From Vitrella brassicaformis CCMP3155 (lineage: Eukaryota > Protista > Chromerida): a stretch of DNA of 64,000 nt. The stretch spans positions 62,001 through 126,000 of the forward strand of contig CDMY01000366.1 of the NCBI GenBank assembly GCA_001179505.1, written 5' to 3'. Shown in pieces: positions 52,436 to 64,000 of this stretch (position 1 is its first letter; every line of letters starts with the position of its first letter). A program made the translations under genes and the position numbers. The notes beneath the pieces are model-generated. The model was not told where the DNA came from. It saw only the letters and a program-made list of their open reading frames with translations, and did not search any database.

Positions 52436-52959
52436 CTACCACTTGTTCTTCTTCCCACGCTTCTTGTTCTTATACCACTTCTTGACCTTGTTCCACTTCT
52501 TCTTGAGCTTCTCATAGAGGCCCAGCCTCCGCTCCGTGGGGCTCGACGACTCCTCCACGGCCTCCACGCCACTGGCCTCATCTTCATCTTCATCTACACA
52601 CACACACACACACACACACATGTGGCCAACACAATCACGTGTGGTTGCGGCAGCGACGGCTGCACACCCACCTGTAGGTGCAGCCGTCGGCTCATCTGGC
52701 CCCGTCACAAGAGCATCAGCCCCTACAAGCAAACAAGCACACAGGAAAGGCGCGTACTTGTGCAGCATGTGGATGAGGTGCAAACACCCATCATGTGTGT
52801 ACCATCGGATGTCACTTCGGTGTCGTCACATTCCCCGCCTCTCAAACGCCGGGCCACTGCGGACGGCGCATCAGCATGAGCAGCCCGCTTCACATCATCA
52901 GCGGAGACCAGTGCGATGCCGAGCAGGCACACCAGCAACGAAAGGGAGAGGGCCTTCAT
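52436..52959 (-). CDS. 121-aa secreted prepropeptide with cationic amphipathic C-terminal peptide (3 exons)
   Basis: Exons 52959-52803, 52722-52672 and 52593-52436, with phase-1 GT-AG introns. Translation: MKALSLSLLVCLLGIALVSA-DDVKRAAHADAPSAVARRLRGGECDDTEVTSDGADALVTGPDEPTAAPTDEDEDEASGVEAVEESSSPTERRL-GLYEKLKKKWNKVKKWYKNKKRGKKNKW. Confidence 0.8.
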
Positions 52960-53525
52960 CGGTCGTGAAGCGGACGATGGGAGGAATTCGAAACGCAGAC
53001 GAGCAGCGGGAAGACGACCAACGACGAGAGCCTTGTTGAAGAGAATAAGTTGGGCAGCGAGAGATGAGAGGCAACCGATGAGAGTGGAGTCGAGGGATGC
53101 TGCAGATGGACAGAAAGGGGGGCGGCCGTTAAGACAGAGGGCAGAGAGACAGGCAGATAGCAGGAGGGCTGTCGTCGCATGGCGAGAGAGGAGAGCGCGA
53201 TCCGCGTGTGCGCAACGGCTGCGAAATATGTAAACGCTCTTGCCGCGACCGACCTGGCATTACACATCAAATGCCTGCAGACCGCAGGTGGGAGCGCTCT
53301 CGGCTGATCTGAACGATGTGGAGTTTGCTTTCTGAAGGGGGAAAGTCGGGCGATTGTCCTGTGGCTCGCTGCCCTTCTGGGAAGCTCCCTGAAACCGCAA
53401 CCGTTCGTGTCTGGGAAGCAGGGAAAAACGACGGACAAACATCGCCGAGGTCCAGCTAGAGCACGGGGGGGACAGCCAAACTCTGACTGAAATCTGACTG
53501 AGATCTGATGACCTGTTCATATGTG

Positions 53526-55617
53526 TGTGCGTTCTCTCTTCGTGTGATGCAGATCTGCTGTGAGGAAAAGGACTGCCTCCGATCCCCTTTGATGGATGTG
53601 TCCAACAACAAGGAGTACCAGAAAGATGAGTCAGACCCGCTGGTGGACGAAGACCGCCCCGTCGATGCAGATGGCCAGCCGCCCCTCATCACCCTTCCTC
53701 TGCCTGTCCCCGTCCCTCCTGAGTGTTTCTTTGGCTCATCGCGGCCGCGTGAGACGCTGCTGGCGCTCCCCTTGGCACAGCAGCACCACTGGCAGAGGCT
53801 ACTGACGTCGTTCCAGGCCTATGGGCGGCACAGTGAGGGCAACCGAGTGGACGTATTGGATGATGGAGATCAGGTGCTGCAGGCCATGCTCGAGGTCAGT
53901 GCAGGCATCCATAGAAAGACATAGATCACGCAATTGATGCATCCATCTCGTCTCTCTGCAATTAACGTTTGCTTGGCTCACTGATGATGCAGGCCATCTG
54001 TGCCGCCCGCACTCGTGTGTGGCTGGAGTCGTACATCTTCGATGGGTCCAAGCTGGCCGAACGGTTCGTGGATGCGCTGGTGGATGCAGCTCACCGGGGC
54101 TGCGACACCCTACTGCTCATCGACTATGTGGGAGCCTTCTCCATCAAGTCGCGGTGGATTGACCGCATGCGCAAGGCCGGTGTGGCTGTCATCGTCTTCA
54201 ATCCCGCACTGCCTGGTGGGGTGGGCCTATCGGTCACATGACGGACGGACGCATCCACCAGCTCCCCTTGTCCAATCAATCGGCTGCAAATCTCCTTCCT
54301 CTCTGTTTGCAGGTCTTGACGGCAGCAAGTCCATCGGCCCCCTGTCCTACCGGGACCACCGCAAGATCCTCATCGCAGACACGACGGCCTTCTGCGGCTC
54401 AATCAACATCTCCGACGATGCCGGCGGGCCCCTGCTGGGCAACTCGCGATTCTACGACGTCCACATGCGGCTGCGGGGCCCCTGCGTGGCCCACCTGGCT
54501 GACGTGCTGCGCGACTCGCTGGCCGAGGCCTTCAGGGATGTGTGGCGGCCGCCCATCGATGTGCCTGAGGAGTATGAGGACGGCGTGTATGTGCAGGTGC
54601 TTGAGTCCAACATCCGGCAGGGGAGGCGGCAAATCATGGACGCGCTCAGCAAGGCCACCAGACAGGTGGGTAGCTGGGTGCAGGGGAGACGATACGAGAC
54701 GAGACGAGGGTTTCTCTCTGATTGATCCTTCCTGTGTGTGTATGTTTTGTTGTCAGGCTCAGCAGTCGATAGAGCTGACGACGTCCTACTTTTATCCGCC
54801 GGGAGTGCTGCGTCGTGCGTTGGTATCGGCGTCGCGTCGTGGCATCCCGATTTCCATCCTGCTGTCGGGCAACTCGGACCTCCTTGGCGATGTCATGGGC
54901 TCAACACACCTGGTCAAGAAATTCTTGGTGAGTCGGGAGCAGCAAGACACACCAGAATCATTCCTTATGTGCGTCCGTCTGGTGTGCACGTGTGTGTGTG
55001 TCAGCGAGTGCCGGGGAACCAGACCCGTGTGCATTTCCTCATGCCGCAGCACATGCACGCCAAACACACTGTGGTCGACGGCGTCTGGAGCTGCGTGGGA
55101 TCCTTTAACTGGGACAGGTACGCACCCATCCCACTCGCCCCTCCATCCATCCATCCATCGGTCTATATAGATCTATCAATCCACCAGGTATTCGGCTCGT
55201 CGGAATTTGGAGGTTGCGGTGTCGATATTCGACGGACAGGTGGCGTCGCAGCTGAGCGCTCTGCACCACCGCAAGGCCCACAACGAAAAGGAGTGCTACG
55301 AGATGACCTGGGAGAGGTGGCAGCGCCAGAGCCCTCTCAAGAAACTCATCTGCTGGTTCGCATACTGCTGCGTCAGGCTCACAGGTAGGTCGGTCGCCAA
55401 AAGGTGCATGGAGGCAGGTAAGGTGCCTCACGGGAACTCTTTCTGTCTGTCTGTCTGTGTGTGTGTGTGTGTGTGTTGACTGACAGGCAAGAATGTGTCG
55501 GATGGCTTGAGCAACACTCGTCAGAAGGCGTTGGTTCGTCGTGCGTTGATCCACACGTACCTGGACGAGCGGGCGGCCAAGAACCTGGCCACGGGCATGA
55601 TGTGGGGCATTCAGTGA
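53526..55617 (+). CDS. cls: bacterial-type cardiolipin synthase / phospholipase D (two HKD motifs); start uncertain
   Basis: GNRVDVLDDGDQ, RVWLESYIF, RDHRKILIAD...GSINI, IELTTSYFYP and HMHAKHTVVD...VGSFNWD..S..RNLE. Confidence 0.88.
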
Positions 55618-55747
55618 GGGAGGGAGGAGGGAGGCAGATAGTGAGCCAGACATTGTCGTTCGTTTCATGTTCATGAGGGGATGCATAGTTGCGCGTGTCG
55701 GTGTGAATGGTGCGGTGTATGATAAACCTCACTTGTCAACACACACA

Positions 55748-55860
55748 GCCGATTCGGCGCCAGCGGTGGTCAATTCGCGGTGAAATTCAGATTCTCACCT
55801 TCGACTGGGTGAGAATCTTGAATTCCTCAGCAACCTGACCACCACTGGCGTCGAATCGGC
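55748..55860. ncRNA. 113-nt imperfect hairpin (pre-miRNA-like or MITE-like)
   Basis: Arms 55748-55799 and 55807-55860. The outer 25 bp match at 23/25 and the inner gattctcacc/ggtgagaatc is perfect. Confidence 0.4.
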
Positions 55861-56091
55861 TCATCAGCAAGGGTCATTCGAGTGTCCGTGACATGTCCCT
55901 GGGCCTGTCTGTCTGTCTGTATAGGTGCCGGATACTGTTCCACGTATTGCCTCGCCTGCTTGTATGGCATAGCTAGCATCTCCTCCCTTGTATGGTATAG
56001 CTAGCATGTATCTTCACAGAGGGTGGAGGGGAGGAAGGTGTGGGTCCAGCCAGCCAGCCAGCCAGCCAGCCACACATACATATCCATCCGG

Positions 56092-56632
56092 TCAGTCAGG
56101 CCACTTTCCCTTGCTGCTGCTGCTGCCGCCCTTGTCTGTGCCGCTGGGTGTTTTGGGCGGTGCCCCTTGATTCATCATGACGTCCGGCGGGGCAGCAGTC
56201 AGGCATGTCAGCAACTCTTCCAGCTGGGCTGGGAGAGAGCAACCGGCCACACAAATGCATGCATACATGACATCCATTGTCTGATTGACTGGGAGGGCGT
56301 GTGTGTGTCTGTCTGTCTGACCTTTCGCCTCTGATGCATTGTCTGTGCTGCACTCGGCGATAGCGCTCCTCAACAGACGCTGCCATACACACAGTGGGTG
56401 AATGGTTGGTCGGTTGCCTGCTGTTTGTTAATAGCATGTGCTCTTCCTCTTCCCACCTCACACACGCTGAGTTTGGTGTGGAAGAAGTCCCTCTCGTCCT
56501 GCAAGGGCAGCAGCTCCTCAGCCATCGAACGAAGCCGCACAGCCCTGAACAAAAAACCATCGAAAACGCAAACAAACGGATGAGAGGCCTTCCTTAGCGT
56601 CAGGGCTCTCACCTCTCGTGCGAATTATCCAT
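56092..56632 (-). CDS. 97-aa microprotein with EB1 C-terminal (EBH)-like motif
   Basis: Four exons splice to MDNSHERAVRLRSMAEELLPLQDERDFFHTKLSRLLRSAIAECSTDNASEAKAQLEELLTCLTAAPPDV...KWPD; compare EB1 ERDFYFGKL. Confidence 0.6.
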
Positions 56633-56855
56633 CGTGAAGCTGCAGAAAGTGCGAGCTTTGGTGGAGGAGAGGAAAGCGATGAGAAGCGATGAGAAGCCAT
56701 GAAGGAAGCCGTGTTTCTGGCTATCAGTCTCTCACTACTGGTGAGAGAGATGCGTACACAAACCACTTGCTTCTCGCGGACGTCGTGTGCGCATGGTTGG
56801 CTGCTTGTCCGCAGATCTGTGGCATCCTCTGCTACGTGTGGTTGGCCCATTTTCG

Positions 56856-57329
56856 ATGCCGAATGCGGCGAAAGGTGCGGTGGCACCCGTCGGAGTGTGC
56901 ATGAGATGCCGTTTCCATTTGGCGGTTTGGCTATTTGTGTGTGCGCCGACCGCAGCACCGTCGGCCGCGGCATTACTCCGATGACACCGACGTGGTGGAG
57001 CTTGAGCGGGACTTCACCTCCGCATACACACTCGACAGCCATCCTGTAGCACACACATGCACAACCACAGACGATACGGAGCGAACGAAACACATATGGT
57101 GGAACAAACTCATTTGTGTGCGTGTGTGTGTCTTGTTGGCTGTCAGGTTGGCCCATCCGGCGTCAAGCTGCCGTGGTTCATGCCTGTGTTCCTCTCCCAG
57201 TGGTTGGCAGATCATGGCGGCTACGCGTACGGCCCTGTGGCGACTTTGGATGAGTCAGATGGGAGTGAGAGTGACGACGGTCAAGGGGATGGCGGAGGGG
57301 CTGACGGGAGGACGTATGGCGCCTTGTGA
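56856..57329 (+). CDS. small hypothetical spliced protein with acidic tail (start uncertain)
   Basis: Exons HRRPRHYSDDTDVVELERDFTSAYTLDSHP and VGPSGVKLPWFMPVFLSQWLAD...GAL join in phase 0. Confidence 0.4.
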
Positions 57330-58936
57330 CGGCATATATAGCTAGATGTGGTGGGCTGGGTGTGTAGGTAGGGTAGTGGTCGGTGTGGTTCGATGCTCTG
57401 CTCGCTGCTGCGCTGTGATATGAGATGAAATCAGCAGGGAGGGAGGGAGGGGAGGTTTTATGTGTAGGTGTGTGCAGCCGAATGAATCATCTATCCATCC
57501 TCTTTCTTTCTCTACTACAGACAGCCTGGTGTACATACAGACAAACACACCGTCCCGTCCCGCTGGTGAGTACATGTAGCCGTCAATGCATTACAAGTGT
57601 CTTACATTTGTGGTGTGTCATGTGCTGCATGGTTGGAATGAGCGTGTGACTCCGCAGGGCCGACCGACCGCTCCACTCATTCGTTTCTCTCTCTCTCTGA
57701 ATGCATCCACCACGCACACACGCAGCACACAGGCAGGCCGAACAAAGAAAGCTGACTGACATGGGGGGAGGGGGGCAAAGCGCCGCGTGCCATATCGGAC
57801 GCCCACACGCATGGTGCCCTCCTCTTACAGCCCATCCCTGTCACACCGCACACACACACATGTATGCTGCCACAATCCCCACCCGACGGACGGAGGACCA
57901 TCAGCTCTAGCCTAATAAACCACATGAAGTCACATACACACATACATACATCCCTCCCTCCCTCCCTCACTTGCCTTGGCCTCTCTTGACACACTCTACA
58001 CAACACACAGCCATCGAGATAGATAAATACCCCTCCCTACATACCTACCGAATCGTCGGAGAAAGGGACCGACGGACCCCTGAATGAATGGATGGATGGA
58101 TGTGTGTGGATGTGTGTGTGTGTATGTTTGTGTGTGTGGGTGTAACCATCCATCATCTGTGCCTCTACGGTAGGTACGTGTTTAAGTCAAGTAGGTAGGC
58201 GAAGCGAAGAAGGAAGACAGGAAGTCGGTTGCTCTCTCTCTCTTGCATGGCACGCATCCATTGACAGACATCCATCGAATCGATTCATCTCATTCTCATC
58301 TACGCCACAAGGCAAGGCAAGGTCACTCACTAGCTGGCACACACTGCAGTGCCCTCACACCATATTGACACACCACACCACCACGCCATGCAAGCCACGC
58401 CACGCAAGCATACACACACAGAGGCAGGGCAGGGTAGCTGACGAGTCGAATCAACCAATGAATGTGCTGTGCGAGTGAGTGGGGAGGAGGGGAAAAAATG
58501 GCCAACCCTTTTCTCGGCGGTCGATCGACAGCAGGCATGGCATAGCATGGATGCGATGCAACTCACCTCGCCTCCACACAGGCATACACACACAGATAAA
58601 AACACCATTAGTGACCGACTACCTGGCTGGCTGACTACCTGGGGCGGGGTGGCTGGACGCACGCAAAATAGCTAGCTGCCAGCCACCGCATATAAGATAC
58701 GAGTGCAACATTCATTCGTTGTTAATAAAGAGATCACGAAAGGCACACAAAATACAGACAGACTGACAGACAGACAGACAGCTAGGGAAGGAAGCATAGG
58801 AAGACTACCGTCACACCACACCACATGAACCCATTGCAGCGCCATCCCTGCTGACGAAAAGCGTCCGCAGGGATGGCGCTGCATTGCACTGCACCCAGCC
58901 AGGCACCGACAGGCCTGCCTGCCGATTGAGGATCGG

Positions 58937-61900
58937 CTAAGCGATGCACGCCCCCCGCAGCAGAGTGCCGCCATGATTGCCTTGCGGACACAAGTTCGAC
59001 ATGAAGTTGAAGAGGAAAAATAAACTCAGCCACCCCACACAGACGCTCCAAAAGAACAGGTAGCATGTAAATCGACCCTCCCAAGCCGTAATCAGCCCCC
59101 CAGCCGTGTCGCGATGCTCCATGATGGGCGCCAGCCGGAAATTCTCGCCCGCCCTGGCGGTCGCCAGGCCCTTGTGCCCCTCAAACAGCAGGAAGGCACT
59201 CGACCCCGCCGCAGACCGCCGGTCGCTCGATGACGCTGCGGGGGCAGGGTGCGTACCAAGAGATGACGCACTAGGCCGCCTGCCCTCACGGCTGCTCATG
59301 CTCAGGGTGAGTGAGTCGGCGGGCGTTGGCCGACTCCCGCCCGTGGACTGGCTTGTGAAGGGGGTGTCTGCTGGCGGGAATGGAGGCGGGGAGGGTGAGA
59401 TGGGCGGCAGGGAAGAAGCGATGTCGCCGGGATGGTGAGTGGGGGAGCCTGGGTGTGCGGTCAGGATGGGCGGGGGGAGGGGTGGGGGTGAGGGGGGCTC
59501 GTCAGCCACGTCGTCAGGGGGCACCGGCGGCTGGCTATCGATGAAGAGCGACAGCTGACGCCTTGGCTTCTTCTTGGCCGGCTGTTGGGTGGCGCTGCTG
59601 CTGCCCAGGTCGCCTCTGAGAGTCTCAGGGGGGATGTCGGACGGACTGAGCGACTCCCACGCCTCGCTCTCCTCCTGGCTCATCTCCAGCGCCACATCAG
59701 CCTCTCCCTCTCCCTCTGCACCAACGCCAGCACCGGTGTCGGTGTGTGCCGCCTCTTTCTCTCTCTCCTCCTCCATCTCCATCTGCCACGTACTGCGGGG
59801 CAGAGCGAGGGGCCGCATCCTGTACCGCCGCTTCTTCTTGTGGTTGTTGTGTGCTCCGTTGCCCTCGCTGAATGAAGTGATCCATGAGGCCGGAATGCTG
59901 ACCTCAGACTCGCCCCGCTCGGATGCGGCGTCTTGGGGGAGAGGAGGAGAGCCGGGCGGCGACAGGGATGGCAGGGGCTGCTGCTGCTGCTGCTGCTGCT
60001 GGGCTGCTGGGGGGGAGGGCTGCATCCCACACACAAGCCGATCTGGAAGGAAGATGAAGATGAAGTCGCCGAGGAGCTCACCTGCACGTGCAAACATGTC
60101 CATCCATTCTTGCACTGCACTGCACTGTACTGCACGTGCACGTGGGTTGGGTGGAGGTGGTCTTACCGACAATTTGGATGGCTCCCTGGATCCACACCAT
60201 CGGCAGTGACCACTCATGTAAGGGGCCCTGAGCGTTGATGGAGTACAGCCATATGACGAGCGGCGCAAGCAAAGTGGCGTAGGTCTCGGAGAGGAAATGC
60301 ACCACCGGCACCGTGTCATAGAAGGCTCTCGACTCCTCGGCGAACAAGAGCTGCAGCAGAGCGATGGGTGGCCGCCTCGAGTCCTCCTTGTGGCCATCCC
60401 CCTCGCCCAGCTCGTCCTCTGCTTGCTGATCGGCCCCTCCTTGGTCCTGCTGCCGTTTCTTCTTTCGCTCTCCTTTCTCCTTTTGCAGTGCCGTCAACTG
60501 CTCTGCTAGGCTGCCTTGCTGCGGTGCTCTCGCAGACGCGTCACGCTGTGGCTGCTGGCCCGGCGTGGAGGTGGAGGGGGATGGCAGGGGTGCGGAGCGC
60601 CTCTTGTGGCACTTGTGGCAGCATGGCGGCATACGTGTGATGATGGCCGAGTAGACCCGGACCGCAGCCACGTCCGTCTCCTGGTCATCGATATGGATGG
60701 AGAGTGGACAACACAGCATCGCATCAGTCATGAATGCTCCTGTGTACCGCCCGCCATCACGCCCATATGGTACGGTACCCATGCAAATTTGTGACAACGG
60801 ATCTCGAAGACCAAGGCAAGCACTTCTGCCGCAAGACCCGTCCACACGTTCGTCAAGACGCCCTGCAGAAACCGACCTACCACACTGACACAGACACGGA
60901 CAGAATGGACACACTGAGAGCCGGTGGGTGCGGGTGGGTGCAGTGAACGCGTCGATGCGATGCGATGCGTACCGTACCTGAAGTAGCAGACGAGTGGGAG
61001 GTAGATGACATGCCGCCACAGCGGCTGGATGGTCGTCAACCGGAGGGCGAAGACGCGGCCGAAAAAGAAACACACCTCCGATATGAGCACCAGGCAGAGG
61101 CGCAGGATCAGCTTGCCGAGGTCGCTGAGGGTGAGGGCCTGGCCCGTGATGATGTTCTGCGATACGTAGATGAAGAGAGGCATCAGCAGCATGCCACCGA
61201 AGGCCCCCCATCTGCACGCATCGCATCGCATCGCATCGCATCGCATTGGTAGGGCAGGCCAGACCTCTGCTGTGTATCCTATCCTATCCATCCGGCTGGC
61301 TGTCGTGTTCTTCTCATGCTAACAGCTGTCTTGTCTTACTTACCTTGCGTCTGGTGGGCTCCAGCAGGGCGATATGCACCCAATGTAAGGAAGAAACCTG
61401 AGCGAACAACACCAAGCCAAGGAGACTGTTTGTATCATGCAGTCAGTATGCCTGTGTGAGTGAGGGAGTGCCTGTGTAGTGTACGCACGCACGCGAGATA
61501 CAGCGGCAGGCGCGCCACAGCGAAGCTGACATCATACGGCACAGTGAACCACCTCAAAAGGTACTCAAGCACCACCACCAGGAAACAACCCAATGTCAGC
61601 GCCACGCCCCACTGGTGTATCCTCCGCCGCCCCGGCAGCTTCGGGTGAATGACATGGTTGAGAGCCATCACCCAGGGGATAATAAGGCTGGACCGCACCG
61701 CATCGATAAGCATCCCAGCCAGGAAGAGCGACCAGGGGTACCAGTCACGAATGAGCGTCCCATCGGTGAGGGCGGGGTCGTACTTGGACCAGTAGGTGAG
61801 GGAGAGGCCGGTGCTGTGGAGCTCCCGCAACTCGGCGCCGAAGAAGATGGATACGGGCACCTGGATGAACATCTGCATGACGACGGCGAGCAGGGCGTAC

Positions 61901-62022
61901 AGCTGGATGTGGAACACGCACAGCAGCACCCGACGGCGGCTCTTGCTGCCGTTCTTGACAGAGCCCTCGCCGGTGGCGCGCTGCTCACGGACCGAGCCCT
62001 GCCGCTGCACTGGGAGGTCCAT
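58937..62022 (-). CDS. multi-pass membrane protein of unknown family with a large Pro/Ser-rich loop
   Basis: Many hydrophobic segments (IQLYALLAVVMQMFI, WGVALTLGCFLVVVLEY, GGMLLMPLFIYV, YATLLAPLVIWL, CYLFFWSVCVGWLSLFFLF) across GT-AG-joined exons. Confidence 0.7.
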
Positions 62023-62337
62023 GCGATGGGTGGTAGTGCGTCACGGTGGCATGGCCCGCTCATGAAGACCAGCGATCACGCCGCCATCGCTCTGAAAACA
62101 CAAAGCAGGCAGACAATGCATTGAAGCGGCCGTGCCCATCACCATCTTACCGGCCGAGGAGGAGCCCCTGCTGAGTCGTTGCTTGCGCCAGTCAGATCTG
62201 CTCATTGCATTTCTTCGCTGTTGAGCCCAGATGGCCTACGCAGCAGCCACGTATACCACGGCAGCGAATCTCGTCCCTGGCACCGATGCAAGCTCAGTTG
62301 CGATCTCGCCACTGAAACGGAGAAGGAAGGAGCGGAG

Positions 62338-64000
62338 ATGAGCAGCGCACAAACAAAGGTGTCGTTCGGCTTCACATCATGGCAGCAGGTGCGATCATCC
62401 ACCTGTAAAAACAATCACAAGACAATCACTCTATCGACTCTCCGCTTCCTGCCTCCTGTCCTTTGTGCCTGCCTTTAATTCTGTGCATGCAATGCAGGGT
62501 GCCCTGGTGGCGAGCAAGAAGTTCTACCCGCCGAATGCCAAGACGGGCGTCGACCAGCTGACCTTCTATGCGAATCAATACCCCTGTGTGGAAGTGGACT
62601 CATCGCACTATGCCATGCCCACAGGTCAGGCAGGCCGCACACAAGAGCTTAGCTGGATGAATGCCATCCATTCCGATGCGTGCATTCATTCACTCATGAA
62701 TGACTGGCTGCAGAGCGCCGCACCAAGGAGTGGGCGGCCGCTGTCCCCAAGGGCTTTCTATTCCACGTAAAAGTATTCGGCCTTTTTGCTAAGATGAAAG
62801 TGCCCGTCGGCGCCATACCCAGAGAGGTCTGTTGAGCGAGCCACTGGCCAGACAGACGTGACATCACTATTTCTCACTGTGTGTCAGTGCCGTGAGGGTC
62901 TGCCGGTGGCCGAAACGTCGGCCGCTGAGTCGAGCAAGGGCGAGGCGCAGCTCAGCTATGAAGATCTCGATGACGACACGCGCGACAAGCTGTGGAGCCG
63001 ATACGTCGAGGGAATGCGGCCGCTGGCCGACGCCAAGAAACTCGGATGCGTACTGTTCCAGTTCCAGCTGAATTTTGCGCCGACTGACGGCAATCGTGCT
63101 TACCTGGAGGAGTGTGTTGACCGACTGTCTGCCCTCAAGACCACCCTTGTGTGCGAGTGAGTGAGCAACACGATGACAGACAGACAGAGGAAAGGCGACA
63201 GAGAGAGAATTGTCCGTTACTTACTGTTGTGCCCATCAATCAGGTTTCGGCATAAGGCGTGGAGCGAACAGCAGGTGAGGAACAGACAAGGAAGGACGCA
63301 GACAGACATGCACAGACATTCCGAGTCACGATCGATCGTGTGTGTCGGGTGGGGGCAGAATTTGTCCTTCCTCTTGAAGAATGGCATCGGCCTGGTGCTC
63401 ACAGACGATGACTCGACATCCACGCAAAACGTAACTACCGTACGTCAATATGCTATGTACTGAGAGAATCAATCAATGTGTACATGATAATATGATTCCT
63501 GTCTGCCTGCCTGTACCTGTACCTGCCTGTGTCGATGGTGGGTGGGTGCTGCGGTGTCCGGCTCCATTAATGCCTGCAGGTGAACTTTCGGGATGTGCTA
63601 TCGACCACCAAGGACAGCTCCATCATTTACTTCAGGTGGGCTGCGCATCCCATCCATCTATACAAAAGCGACCACATCCGATCGGGCACTCTGTTCTGTC
63701 TGTTTTTCTGTCTGTCGATGCAGGTTGCACCGCCGGTATGGCGACTACCGTCTGCTGGACGACAGGGAGATCGGTGTGTGGCGCGACCTGCTCAAGGAGG
63801 CTTGCCAAAAGCCGACACGAAAAGTAGGTGATCGATCGGATCGATCCATCAATCATATATGCATACATACATACCGGCCTTTGGTTGGATGCTCCACGCC
63901 ACACCTGTGCCTGCTATGCGATGCCTGAAATGTATGCGATTTTATATATTAGGTTTTCGTCCTTGTCGGCACGTAAGCAACACGATGCACCGCACCTTGC
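62338..64000 (+). CDS. DUF72 (YecE/UPF0759) family protein, intron-rich, runs past the window end
   Basis: GFTSW, YANQYPCVEVDSSHYAMP, WAAAVPKGFLFHVK, KLGCVLFQF, CEFRHKAW and IYFRLH match the DUF72 pattern. Confidence 0.85.

Noticed and set aside
53526-55617. Bacterial-type cardiolipin synthase as a novel HGT
   Set aside because: PLD-type CLS is already known in apicomplexans and other protists, so it is expected here.
1-64000. Numerous long antisense or overlapping ORFs rich in CVCV, HTHT or MDGW
   Set aside because: These are translations of intronic microsatellites and GC-rich antisense frames, not genes. No CRISPR array, rRNA or tRNA was recognised.

Overview
Eukaryotic, GC-rich, intron-dense genomic window. 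Introns are short, GT-AG, and filled with (GT)n/(GATG)n/(GACA)n microsatellites, and several proteins carry signal-plus-transit (bipartite) leaders. This style suggests a chromerid alga such as Vitrella brassicaformis (inference, not verified). I can support about 18 spliced protein genes, including a DHX34-like helicase, a plastid bestrophin head-to-head with an alpha-carbonic anhydrase, TLDc-like, SET, BTB-discoidin, a degenerate FAAL-like enzyme, DNA pol alpha, BCAT, bacterial-type cardiolipin synthase and DUF72. There is also a full-length 6.5-kb Helitron with both termini and 7 introns, a 1.27-kb foldback palindrome and two ~300-N gaps. Most interesting: (1) a 121-aa secreted precursor with an acidic pro-region, RRL motifs and a +13 amphipathic C-terminal peptide (antimicrobial-peptide-like); (2) the bestrophin/CA pair sharing a 304-bp spacer with an inverted TTAGGG/CCCTAA junction (candidate co-regulated CO2-concentrating module); (3) the foldback element; (4) a Helitron RepHel starting with a signal-peptide-like leader; (5) a pre-miRNA-like hairpin and an EB1-C-terminus-only microprotein. 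Exon joins were made by eye and family calls are by motif recognition; no searches were run.
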